Virus record (IMG/VR): IMGVR_UViG_3300036801_000174
Coordinates: 1 to 64,000 of that record
DNA: 64,000 nucleotides
DNA from: a virus
Direction: 5' to 3' (one strand)
A model generated the notes under the pieces. It had not been told where the DNA came from and searched no databases. It saw only the letters and a program-made list of their open reading frames with translations. Positions 1 through 9,161 of this stretch are shown piece by piece (within the stretch, counting starts at the first letter, position 1; each line of letters opens with the position of its first letter). The position numbers were made by a program, and so were the translations under genes.

Positions 1-239
1 CTGGCCAGCGGGGTTACCGCGTAGGCGGGTTCCTCGGCGTACTCACCGGACCCGCCGCCGCCAGCGCAGAAGTTGGTGTAGGTGTCCGGGGATGAGTCGG
101 AGCTGCCGAAGTGGGCGACCGTCGCCAGGCCGAGGCCACCCCCGCCGCCCGCTCCCCAGCACTGCACGTCCAGCGATGTGATACCGGCCGGGACTGAGAA
201 AGTGAAGCTGCCGTGGGTGCTGAAGGCCTGCGAGGGCAC
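1..239 (-). CDS. glycine-rich minor tail protein, 5' part only (runs off window)
   Basis: GTG at 239 reads MPSQAFSTHGSFTFSVPAGITSLDVQCWGAGGGGG..., the same PAG..QCWGxGGGG module as the N-terminus of the 1600-aa tail protein. Confidence 0.7.
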   Translation of the reverse strand, partial: MPSQAFSTHGSFTFSVPAGITSLDVQCWGAGGGGGLGLATVAHFGSSDSSPDTYTNFCAGGGGSGEYAEEPAYAVTPLA

Positions 240-296
240 CGCTAACCCGCACCCCCTGGGGTAGGCGCGTGCGGGCGTTATTGCAGGTCAGTGCGG

Positions 297-358
297 TAGA
301 ATCGTGCCCAGAAACGATACGGGCGCGACCGGTGTGTCAGCACCATGTGGCCGCGCCC
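297..358 (+). promoter_or_regulatory. -10 box (TAGAAT) and GC-rich leader hairpin of HNH gene
   Basis: TAGAAT at 297-302; GGGCGCG (321-327) pairs with CGCGCCC (352-358). Confidence 0.5.
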
Positions 359-380
359 TAACCGAGAGGAACCCTCGGCT

Positions 381-1187
381 ATGGACAAGTGTGGCACGCC
401 CGAATTGCCGTTCCCGACCGGCGAGCCCGAGCCGCCGGAGGAGTGGCGGTGGGTAGTTCGTTATGAGGGACTCTATGAAGTCAGTTCGTATGGGCGCATA
501 CGCAGGGTGCCGGGGCTTGACTGCCGAGGGCAGTACGCGCGCGGCGGCGTCCTTAGGCCCAAACTCACGAACGGTTACCCGACGGTACAACTCTACGGCC
601 GAGGGCCGAGCAGTTCGAGCGTAACGCGACTCGTCCACAAACTTGTTGCCGAAGCCTTCATCGGGCCGTGCCCTCCGGGGCAGGAGGTGTGCCACGGCCG
701 GAACGGGAAGGCAGACAATCGGGCGTCGCAGCTCCGCTACGGCACGCATCGTGAGAACGAACACGACAAGATCGTCTTCGGTACGCTGCTCACCGGGGAG
801 CGCAACCCGCTGGCGAAACTGACCGATAAAGACGTGGCAAGCATCCGGCAGCGGCGAATAGACGGCGAGAAGAACGTAACGCTTGCGCGGGAGTTCGGTG
901 TGTCGCGCGGGGTGATCACTCGCATCACGACGGGACTCAACTGGCGACGGGACGGTAATCCGTCCCTGGTGCGCCCTCCGCAGAAGCGGAGGCTGTCCGC
1001 CGCTGACATCATGGTTATCCGGACGCGATATGCCGCAGGGGGCATCCGTCAAGATGAACTGGGCGCCGAGTTCGGGATGCCGCAGACGTCCGTCAGTGGG
1101 ATAGTCCGTGGTCGGCTCTATCCGGATTGCCCCGGACCTATCACGCGCTCAGCACGCGCTCCCCGGCGTGCTGCTCAGATGGCTTGA
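381..1187 (+). CDS. NUMOD4-HNH homing endonuclease with C-terminal HTH repeats
   Basis: EEWRWVVRYEGLYEVSSYGRIR (NUMOD4), VHKLVAEAFIG..VCHGRNGKADNRASQLRYGT..EN (HNH), two HTH-like segments; AGAGGA upstream of ATG 381. Confidence 0.88.
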   Translation: MDKCGTPELPFPTGEPEPPEEWRWVVRYEGLYEVSSYGRIRRVPGLDCRGQYARGGVLRPKLTNGYPTVQLYGRGPSSSSVTRLVHKLVAEAFIGPCPPGQEVCHGRNGKADNRASQLRYGTHRENEHDKIVFGTLLTGERNPLAKLTDKDVASIRQRRIDGEKNVTLAREFGVSRGVITRITTGLNWRRDGNPSLVRPPQKRRLSAADIMVIRTRYAAGGIRQDELGAEFGMPQTSVSGIVRGRLYPDCPGPITRSARAPRRAAQMA

Positions 1188-3406
1188 ACGGTCATGACAA
1201 CCGGAGCGCCCGCGCTGCCAGTGGGCGTCGCGGAAGTCGTGCCCAGTGCCTGGATGGACATCGACCCTGAGGCGATGGCGCCGAGCAGGTCGAAATTATA
1301 GGACGAAGTGGGCGTAAGGCCGGTCACGACGAAGCTCGCCGAGTAGGGCAGCTGGATCGCCGCCGAGCTGATCTTGCTGGTGATCGCGTTGCAGACCGGC
1401 GTGACCCCGCCGTGCGCGGCGAGGCCGAAGGAGAAGTTGACATTGGCAGTGGCCATCGAGAGCAGGAACGTCGCGGTAACCACGACACTGCCGCTTGAGG
1501 GTGCAGCCCACGACCCGGTGTTCACATTGGCGCTTGAGAACGCGGCAAGAGTCGTCGAGGAGACCGCGAGCGCGGTGAGGGTGCCGGGCTGGTAGCTCGT
1601 GGGTGCCGTGAGGTACGAGCCCGAGACCGTCCCGCCAGTGACGCCGGGGTTCTGCCACGTTCCATCAGCCCGCAAAAACAGGCTCGTCCCGCCGGGTGGC
1701 TGCGTGATCTGGGGAATCGGCGCCGAGGCGGAGTCAATCAGGGTTGAGATGAACGATCCGCCGGCCCCGAACGTGACGTTCCCGTCCCACCGGCCACCAT
1801 TCGGCACCCCCGCATGGGCACTGGACTGGAGAAGGGCGGTTACGGATGAACTGTTGAGGTTGGCCTCATTGCCCTGGAACGACAGTTCCGCAGGTGAGCC
1901 GACCGTGACCTTGACCAGGCTGACCGCCGTAGATGTGGACGTAGCCAGGAAGTGGTTCGAGTTGAAAACGCCTTTATCGTTGGCAAGCTGGACGGGAACG
2001 GCGCTTCCGTCCTGGTCGAAGTAGTTCCCGACAATCGTGTAGTCGCCGGCTTGCGAGCCGAGGGACAGGTGCCAGCCGCTCGACGGGGAGCCCGTGTAGG
2101 TGAAGTGCGTGCCGGCGGTCATCTGCAGGCCGCCACCGCCAGCAGTAGCGCCAAGGGTCAGGTTTTCGGTGCAGGCGTGGAACAGGCCGCCCCGGATGCG
2201 GATGTCCGTGATCCCGGCGCCGTCACCGTAGACGCCGCGCCAGGATGCCGAGAAGATGCATCCGTTCGTCTCGAAGCCGACGCCGTTCCCAGCCGAGGCC
2301 GAGGTGAGATTCACACAGGTTCCGGTAGCGCCACCACGGTCGAAGTTCCCGAAGAAGCACCGCTCCAGGTAGACATCCGAGGTGTCGGTGATCTGGACGC
2401 CGATGCAGTTGGCCGCCGCCGACCCGGTGCCCCCGGCGAGGCCGTTCATGGCCAGCCCGCGGATCTTCATGCCGTTCGGGTTGGTGGTGGGTGCGCTGGC
2501 GGTACCGATCTGCAGCAGTGGCGTCGGGGATCCGGTGGGGAACGTTGAGGACGGGCAGACTGAGCCGCCCAGGAACGTGTCGGGAAAATTCTGCCGGTTG
2601 CCCTGGCCGGTGCAGTCGATGTCCACGCCAACCGGGATGGTGACGGTGGAGTCGAACGCGTACCGCTGTGACAGGACCAGCGGGCCCGGCACGAGGCCCG
2701 AATTGATGGCCGTGGCTGCTGCGCTGACTGCTGCCTGGTCTCCCGAGACTCCCGTGATCGTCCCGAACCATTCTGGCCGCGTGCCCCACAGGCCGCTCCA
2801 CGCCGCAGCCGTGGAGCCCGTAGCGACGGCCGCCTGGCCTGCTGACGGTGTGCCTGAGAGGGTCACCCCGAGCCCCGACCCGCCGCCGCCTACTGTCCCG
2901 CCGATGAACCGCCAGAGGGCTTCAGCGGCGTTGTAGGTGAATCCGACGAGATCAACGGCGCTGGCGGTCGTTGACAATGTCGGTGCCGAGGCGCCCCCGA
3001 AGTTAAATTGCGACGCCCAGCTCAGCGTCCGGGAGCCGGTGGCGTCCTGGGCGATCCAGAATTTGATCGTCTGCCCGTCCTCAGGCGAGGTGGGGTTGGC
3101 GATCGTGGCCGTGGACCCGGTGAGGGTGAGGCGGAAGTCATTCCCGGCCGCGGCGTTGACGGCGACTGAGGTGCCGTAGGTGAGGGTGACGACAGCGGGT
3201 GCGACGAAGCCGGTGAAGTCCGCGCCGGCGAGAGGGGCGTAGACCCCGGACCCGCCGCCGCCGCCGGACCCGGAGCCGAGGTTGGCGACCGTAATCTGCT
3301 TGGTGGTGCCCGTTGGCGACTGGGAGGTGTCGCTTACGTCAACGATGACCAGGACGTCGTCAGGGCCGGGTGTGTCCAGCGCCGGGTAGTTGGTGATCTG
3401 CGGCAA
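1175..3406 (-). CDS. tail fibre/spike protein with beta-helix-like region
   Basis: 743-aa T/S/G-rich ORF, fibre-type N-terminus MPQITNYPAL..DVLVIVD, beta-helix-like repeats, position in tail module. Confidence 0.7.
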   Translation of the reverse strand: MPQITNYPALDTPGPDDVLVIVDVSDTSQSPTGTTKQITVANLGSGSGGGGGSGVYAPLAGADFTGFVAPAVVTLTYGTSVAVNAAAGNDFRLTLTGSTATIANPTSPEDGQTIKFWIAQDATGSRTLSWASQFNFGGASAPTLSTTASAVDLVGFTYNAAEALWRFIGGTVGGGGSGLGVTLSGTPSAGQAAVATGSTAAAWSGLWGTRPEWFGTITGVSGDQAAVSAAATAINSGLVPGPLVLSQRYAFDSTVTIPVGVDIDCTGQGNRQNFPDTFLGGSVCPSSTFPTGSPTPLLQIGTASAPTTNPNGMKIRGLAMNGLAGGTGSAAANCIGVQITDTSDVYLERCFFGNFDRGGATGTCVNLTSASAGNGVGFETNGCIFSASWRGVYGDGAGITDIRIRGGLFHACTENLTLGATAGGGGLQMTAGTHFTYTGSPSSGWHLSLGSQAGDYTIVGNYFDQDGSAVPVQLANDKGVFNSNHFLATSTSTAVSLVKVTVGSPAELSFQGNEANLNSSSVTALLQSSAHAGVPNGGRWDGNVTFGAGGSFISTLIDSASAPIPQITQPPGGTSLFLRADGTWQNPGVTGGTVSGSYLTAPTSYQPGTLTALAVSSTTLAAFSSANVNTGSWAAPSSGSVVVTATFLLSMATANVNFSFGLAAHGGVTPVCNAITSKISSAAIQLPYSASFVVTGLTPTSSYNFDLLGAIASGSMSIQALGTTSATPTGSAGAPVVMTVQAI

Positions 3407-3441
3407 CCGGTTCCGCTCCCTTCGGGCGCTAGGGTGCGGTC

Positions 3442-3681
3442 ATGGCGATCTTTAAACAGGTAGAGGAGAAGCCCGGCGGAGCGCGGAACGTCGTCAAGTG
3501 GGACGTGCGGACCGTCCGCGACTACCGGCCGCTGTACTTCCTTGACCGGACCCGGGCGGGCTATGACCCGGACGGCGGCCAGTTCGTGACGGTGAACATC
3601 GGCGTGGAGTTCGAAGATGATGAGTCGGCCCAGGACTTCGAGGCCAAGGTCCGCGCCTTGCTGCCTGAGATGAAGCCGTGA
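3442..3681 (+). CDS. hypothetical protein, leaderless, counter-oriented
   Basis: 79-aa ORF filling the intergenic gap; TAGGGT-N6-ATG. Confidence 0.65.
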   Translation: MAIFKQVEEKPGGARNVVKWDVRTVRDYRPLYFLDRTRAGYDPDGGQFVTVNIGVEFEDDESAQDFEAKVRALLPEMKP

Positions 3682-3714
3682 GCATCCCGTACCCGGGCAC
3701 CTGAAGTACCCGGC

Positions 3715-6700
3715 CTACTCCATCACCAGCCCCGTCTGATCGGTGACATCGTTCCCTGCTTCGTCCTCGATTTCCTCGAGCGACGGCACGCCCCACATCG
3801 ACGGCGGGTACCAGTCCGCGACGACTTCGGCCGACGCGGTGCCCTGCGCGAAGTTGATCTTCCGTTTAACCTGGGTGACCCGCCACACGGACGTGAACGG
3901 GGGCTGGCCGGGCATCTGCTGGGTCACCTGGATCACGTCGCCCGGGTTGACCGCGAGCACGTATTCCCAGGCTTGCGGGACGGTCTGCGCCATGCCCGCC
4001 GCGTCCACCGTCAGGGACGTGATCCGCTGCCGGGGCACCCCGAACTGGCCGAAGATCCACGACGCCTGCGCCTGGATCTGGGTGGTGTCCTGCAGGTAGC
4101 TGGTGAACTGCTGCTGGTTGTCGCCGAACTGCGCCAGCGACGCCTGCACCGCCGCCGCGTACTGGGCACCGGGCCCGAACACCAGCCCGCCGTGGGTTTC
4201 CGCCGACCCGGTCGCTGACCCGGCCTGGCCCGCCGGGACGGCGAAGACGTCAAATTGGGTGACCGCGATGTCGTTGAACACTCTCTGCGGGTCCGTGTCG
4301 AAACTGACGTCGCCGGAGTAGGGGATCTGGCCGTAGGTGACGAACGGGCCAAGGTGCCAGGCGACCTGCTGGGCGGCGAGGTGCTCGCGGGAGAAGTAGC
4401 ACAGGTTCCCGCAGGTGTCGGTGTGCAGGAACCCGTCGTCGGAGGCGGTGATGTTGCCGATCGAGTCGCCGGAGGACTGGCCCCCGGTGTCGAGCTCGGC
4501 CACCACAGCGAGACTGGCGGGGTCGATGCACCTTTGCGGGCTGGTGATGCCGCCGGACAGCAGCAGCCGCTCGATCCGCTGCGCCACCGTGTCCCCGAGC
4601 GCCGACGCCGCCGCCGGGGGGCTGGCCCCGGTGCCGTAGGAGGTGACGTACAGGTAGGGCTGGACGGTGCGGGCGTGCAGCTGTTCCGCCCCGCCCGCGT
4701 TCCCGGTCCAGTAGCTGTACTCCGGCGCCAGGCCGGTGACGGCCAGCCACGCTTCGCCGCTGACCGGGTCGGTGAACAGGTTCACGCTTTCGGGCTGGCT
4801 GACCGCCGAGGTGTAGTCCCCGGCGGAGTTCGTGACGTACACCGACAGGACCGACCGGTCCCCGAGCGGGGAGCCACCCGACCCGGTGTCGTTGAAGAAC
4901 GGGATGCCGAGGTACAGCATCCCGTCGGGCAGCCAGTACGGGCCGCCGGTGCTGTTGGACAGGAACTGGCAGGTCACGGCCGGGGCGGGGAGCTGCCCGA
5001 ACGCGGCGTAGGCCGCCATGAAATGGGCCATGATCCGTGCCCCGGGCAGGACCCTCGGGTAGATCGCCAGGTGGCTGTAGGACACGTTGCCGCACCCGGC
5101 CAGCGTGCCCGCCGCCGGTGGTGCGCCCATGTTCCCGGTCCCGGCGCCGGCGAGGAACCACTGCCACTGGGCCGCCATGGCGGCGGGCCCGGAGACGGTG
5201 GCGACGACGCCGCCGTTGACGTACACCACCCAGCTGCTCTGGGTCATGGTGACCGTGACACCCATCCACGCGTTGTCCCACAGGTACTGCTGCGGGTACA
5301 GGGTGTAGATGACGGTGGAGGTGGGGGTGGTGCCAGCCCAGGTGGTGAACGTCAGCTGTGATTTCGCGTCCATCGACAACTGGGCCAGGGGGGCGTCAGC
5401 GGAGGCGATGGTCCACAGCACGATAGGCCCGGGGCTGACCAGGGGGCCGGACGTCGCGGCGGGCTGGCCGAGGTAACCTTCCGGCTCGTTCCCGCCGCTG
5501 GCCGTGGCGGGCCGGATGGGGATCCCGGCGGTGGCGAGGGCGGGTTTGAACCAGCCCTCGATGGTGACACCCCCGCTGAGCGGCGGGAACGTTGCGTCCT
5601 GGCAGGACAGGTACCGGCCGGCGGAGGAGACGCCGTTGCCGGCCTGCTGCCAGGCCGCGGAGTCCGGGTCGCCGTACATCCAGCCCTGCTCCTGCGCGAA
5701 GGCCTGGGTGGCGATGTAGGCGAAGACGCTCTGCGGGTTCCCGCCGGGTGAGAACGGCCCGTAACTCGTCAGGCCGGCCGGGGAGATGACGATCTGCAGC
5801 GGGTTGCCGGACGCGGGGGCGGCGTTGACCAGGTCCGTGGCCTGGTTGACGCCGGAGTCGTCGCATGGCCACCACCAGCCGGACCCGGTGGCGAGGTCGG
5901 CGAGCACCTCGGCCCGGTAGGAGGTGGGCAGCAGCCGGTTCGCCACGCTCCACAGGTCCGTGGCGGAGGCGTTGGAGATCCCGCGGTAGGTTTTCTCCCA
6001 GGTCTGCGGCCAGCGTTCCATGTTGCGCTGGATGACATGCCACCTGGTGCCGCCGGGGGGGACGGCACGGATCCGCACCGGGGTTCCGGGGGTGATGTGC
6101 GGGTAGTAGGGGCTGGCGGGGTTGAACGGCGAGACCGCGCCTTCGGGGTTGTCGAGGGCCAGGGTGACTTCGGACGCTTGCAGGGCGTCGAGTTCGTACT
6201 GGACCCCGGTGGTCTCGTCCCATGACCGGAGCCGGTGGGCGCGGGTCTGCAGGTCGGTCCATTCCATCTGGTCGGCGGGGGTCTGGAACCCGGCCCCGAA
6301 CGCCGCCTCGAAGATCAGGTACGGCCAGGAGGGGTTGAGGCCGTACGGCACCGGGGACGGGGCGCCGATGACGACGGCGATGATGACGCCGGACAGGTCT
6401 TCGGGTGAGGTGGAGGTGGCGGTGACCGTCTGGCCGCTGCTGGCGACCGCGCAGGCGGAGGCCAGGACGGTGTCGGAGGTGAAGTCGTGGCCGTTGGTGC
6501 AGGTCACGGTTTCCAGCTGGGTGTAGCCGGGCGGGGCGAACGTGGTCCCGGCGGACACCGAGTCCCCGGTGACGGCGGCGAGGAAGAACGTCAGCTGCGG
6601 GACCGCCGTGCCGCCCGTGTCCGTGATCGGGTGCAGGACCGGGGACGGCACCCCGGCGGAATACTCCAGGCCGGTGACCCCGGCGGGGGCGAACAGGGCC

Positions 6701-8517
6701 AGGGACTCCGCCGCCGCAGAGTAGGCGGTGACGGCCACGGTTTCGTCCCAGGTCCCGAGGCCGCCTACCTCGGTGACCAGGACACTGAACCCGGCTGCGT
6801 AGCCGCTGGGGGCGACGTAGACGGCCTGCGGGACGCCGATGAGGTTGGGGGTGAACCAGACGGTGGTCCGGCATGCCCCAGTGGGGTCTGAGGGTGCCTG
6901 GGGCCGCCAGTAGGAGTGCAGGTCGTCGCCCACGGACACGGTGACCGGCGGGGAACCGGGGGCGGCGTGCCACCCCACGACGGCGAACAGCCAGTTCCCG
7001 GCCGTCGCGGTGCCGGTCCCGCCGCCCACGCTCGAGGACGGGGCGAGCGGCACGACGGTGGAGGCGTTCGCGGGCAGGCTGGGGCCGAACACGGGGTTCT
7101 GGGTGGTGACCCCGGCCCACTGGTTGAGTACTTCCGGCGGCCCGTACTGCGACGCGGTCAGGGTGGCATTGCCGGAGAACGACGCGATGGCCCAGGTGAG
7201 CGTGACCCGCCCGGCGAACCCGTTCCCGCCCGGTGAGCTCTTCCCCCCGCCACCACCGCCACCGGGCCCGGTGAGCGGGCTCAGGCCACCAGCGGGAGCA
7301 GTGCCGCCATCCCCACCCGGGCCGCCCGTGGACACCGCCACAGCCCCGGCACCGCCGTGGGTGGTGGTAGCCGCTGTGCCGGCGGTCCCGGCCGCACCCG
7401 GGCAGCCTGACCCGCCGCCGCCGCCACCACCTCCGCCGGCCCCGGCACCGCCAGCGCCCCCGTTGTGATGCGAGGTAGCCGAGGAGCCGGTTCCGCCTGC
7501 GCCTCCGGATGTTCCGGACCCGCCGGAACCGCCGTGCGCGGTGACCGTGACCGAATCGCCAGCGAAGACCGTGGACTGCCCGCCAGCACCGGCCCCGGAT
7601 GACGTAGCGCCGAGACCGCCAGCCCCAACGGTGACCGGGTAAACCGTTCCCGGGGTTACCGCCAGCAGCGGCGTGGCAGCCCACTCACCACCGCCGCCAG
7701 CCCCGCCACCAGACGACGACCACGCCCCGCCGGCACCGCCGCCCCAGCATTCGGCCAGGACCGCGAACACCCCGGCCGGGCACGTCCATGACGGCGGCAG
7801 GACGTAGGTGACCAGGATCTGGCCAGCGGAACCGTCCCCACCAGAGGAACCCTGGCCCTTGCCGGTGCCGCAGCACCCGCCCCCGCCACCGCCCGGTGAC
7901 CCGCCACCGGTCCCGTTCGCACTGAACGCGCCGTTGTAAAGACCGCCCGCACCCCCGGCGCCGCCACCAGCTACGGCAGCCGCACCGGGACCCCCGGCGC
8001 CGGCGGGGTTGCCCCCGGTTCCGGCCCTGCCCGCCGACGCGACCCCAGCTCCCCCGCCACCACCGCCGCCGCCGGACGCGGGGGAGAACAGGCCGGTGTT
8101 CCCGGCCCCGCCCGCCCCGCCGGCCCAGGCAACCGAACTGGACCCGGCCGCTGCCCCGGCCGGCGCGGTGGCGCTTACCGCCCCGGGCCCGCCGAGGGCC
8201 GAAACGGTGACCGAGTCCCCGGTGAACGTGGTCGTGGCGCCGTTGCCGCCGGGGAACGTCCCCGCCGACGTCAGCAGGCCCCCGGCTCCCCCGGTGCCGA
8301 CGCTGAACGTGTAGGTATGGGCCGGGGTAACCGCCAGGGCCCGTTCAGCGGCGTAAGCACCCCCGCCGCCGCCCGCGCCCGCGAACGTGGTGGAGGCGCA
8401 CCCGCCACCGCCGCCGCCCCAGCACTGGACCGTGACCGACGTGACCCCGGCCGGGCACGTCCAGGTCCCGGAGGCCAGGAACGAAAGGGTCTGCGGCCCG
8501 AAGGTGACCGAGGCCAT
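3715..8517 (-). CDS. large minor tail/baseplate protein (glycine-rich domains, LamG-like region)
   Basis: 1600-aa ORF; two WTCPAGV..CWGGG glycine-rich modules, LamG-like GVTIEGWF..HLAIYPRVL segment, downstream of tape measure. Confidence 0.8.
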   Translation of the reverse strand: MASVTFGPQTLSFLASGTWTCPAGVTSVTVQCWGGGGGGCASTTFAGAGGGGGAYAAERALAVTPAHTYTFSVGTGGAGGLLTSAGTFPGGNGATTTFTGDSVTVSALGGPGAVSATAPAGAAAGSSSVAWAGGAGGAGNTGLFSPASGGGGGGGGAGVASAGRAGTGGNPAGAGGPGAAAVAGGGAGGAGGLYNGAFSANGTGGGSPGGGGGGCCGTGKGQGSSGGDGSAGQILVTYVLPPSWTCPAGVFAVLAECWGGGAGGAWSSSGGGAGGGGEWAATPLLAVTPGTVYPVTVGAGGLGATSSGAGAGGQSTVFAGDSVTVTAHGGSGGSGTSGGAGGTGSSATSHHNGGAGGAGAGGGGGGGGGSGCPGAAGTAGTAATTTHGGAGAVAVSTGGPGGDGGTAPAGGLSPLTGPGGGGGGGKSSPGGNGFAGRVTLTWAIASFSGNATLTASQYGPPEVLNQWAGVTTQNPVFGPSLPANASTVVPLAPSSSVGGGTGTATAGNWLFAVVGWHAAPGSPPVTVSVGDDLHSYWRPQAPSDPTGACRTTVWFTPNLIGVPQAVYVAPSGYAAGFSVLVTEVGGLGTWDETVAVTAYSAAAESLALFAPAGVTGLEYSAGVPSPVLHPITDTGGTAVPQLTFFLAAVTGDSVSAGTTFAPPGYTQLETVTCTNGHDFTSDTVLASACAVASSGQTVTATSTSPEDLSGVIIAVVIGAPSPVPYGLNPSWPYLIFEAAFGAGFQTPADQMEWTDLQTRAHRLRSWDETTGVQYELDALQASEVTLALDNPEGAVSPFNPASPYYPHITPGTPVRIRAVPPGGTRWHVIQRNMERWPQTWEKTYRGISNASATDLWSVANRLLPTSYRAEVLADLATGSGWWWPCDDSGVNQATDLVNAAPASGNPLQIVISPAGLTSYGPFSPGGNPQSVFAYIATQAFAQEQGWMYGDPDSAAWQQAGNGVSSAGRYLSCQDATFPPLSGGVTIEGWFKPALATAGIPIRPATASGGNEPEGYLGQPAATSGPLVSPGPIVLWTIASADAPLAQLSMDAKSQLTFTTWAGTTPTSTVIYTLYPQQYLWDNAWMGVTVTMTQSSWVVYVNGGVVATVSGPAAMAAQWQWFLAGAGTGNMGAPPAAGTLAGCGNVSYSHLAIYPRVLPGARIMAHFMAAYAAFGQLPAPAVTCQFLSNSTGGPYWLPDGMLYLGIPFFNDTGSGGSPLGDRSVLSVYVTNSAGDYTSAVSQPESVNLFTDPVSGEAWLAVTGLAPEYSYWTGNAGGAEQLHARTVQPYLYVTSYGTGASPPAAASALGDTVAQRIERLLLSGGITSPQRCIDPASLAVVAELDTGGQSSGDSIGNITASDDGFLHTDTCGNLCYFSREHLAAQQVAWHLGPFVTYGQIPYSGDVSFDTDPQRVFNDIAVTQFDVFAVPAGQAGSATGSAETHGGLVFGPGAQYAAAVQASLAQFGDNQQQFTSYLQDTTQIQAQASWIFGQFGVPRQRITSLTVDAAGMAQTVPQAWEYVLAVNPGDVIQVTQQMPGQPPFTSVWRVTQVKRKINFAQGTASAEVVADWYPPSMWGVPSLEEIEDEAGNDVTDQTGLVME

Positions 8518-8520
8518 TGC

Positions 8521-8925
8521 CTAGCCCTCAAACAGCGAGATGGCTTGCACGGCCACAGGGAAGGTGTCACCTGGCACGACCACGATGGGTGCGCCGACCC
8601 AGACCGTCCACCACAGCCGCAGGGGCGTCCCGGCGGTCGTCCAGACCTCGCCGCCGACAACGTCCGGCCAGTCCGTGGACCCGCTGTTCGTCCACGTCAG
8701 CGACGCCGTGTTGTGGCTGGCTGCGGGGTTCCCGGACGGCGAGGCCCAGGTGAGCGCCATGCCGCCAGCGGTGTACCCGGTGGCCACCAGTTCGGTCATG
8801 TGCGATGTGGCCGTGGGCGTGGTCGTGCCGAGGCGCAGGTGGGTTCCGCCGACCGTGGGGAACGAGGAGAGGCCGAGGACGGCGGACAGGAACGTGGCCG
8901 CCGTGGTGCTGTCCCAGTCCGCCAT
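8521..8925 (-). CDS. minor tail protein
   Basis: 134-aa ORF with LRLGTTTP..TELVATGYTAGG, between tape measure and large tail protein. Confidence 0.7.
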   Translation of the reverse strand: MADWDSTTAATFLSAVLGLSSFPTVGGTHLRLGTTTPTATSHMTELVATGYTAGGMALTWASPSGNPAASHNTASLTWTNSGSTDWPDVVGGEVWTTAGTPLRLWWTVWVGAPIVVVPGDTFPVAVQAISLFEG

Positions 8926-8962
8926 GCCGCAGCGCTCCCTTCGCGGGCGTTACGCTGCGTGG

Positions 8963-9157
8963 ATGACCGAGCCGGGCATGCTGGACGCGCGCGTGGACTA
9001 CCTGACCCTGCGCATCGAGGAGTTGCACGACCGCCTGATACTGCGCGCTGATGAACTGGACCGGCTGAAGCACGAACTGCCGGTCGGCAGCGCTCAGCGG
9101 TTGTTTGCCGTGGGCATCGCGGCCGAGTTCCGGCAGCTCGCCGACGTGCTGGAGTAG
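8963..9157 (+). CDS. hypothetical protein, leaderless, counter-oriented
   Basis: TACGCT-N6-ATG; 64-aa helical ORF filling the gap. Confidence 0.6.
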   Translation: MTEPGMLDARVDYLTLRIEELHDRLILRADELDRLKHELPVGSAQRLFAVGIAAEFRQLADVLE

Positions 9158-9161
9158 CAAG

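Noticed and set aside
7200-8420. GCC/CCG-rich low-complexity repeats
   Set aside because: Explained by poly-glycine coding in the tail protein
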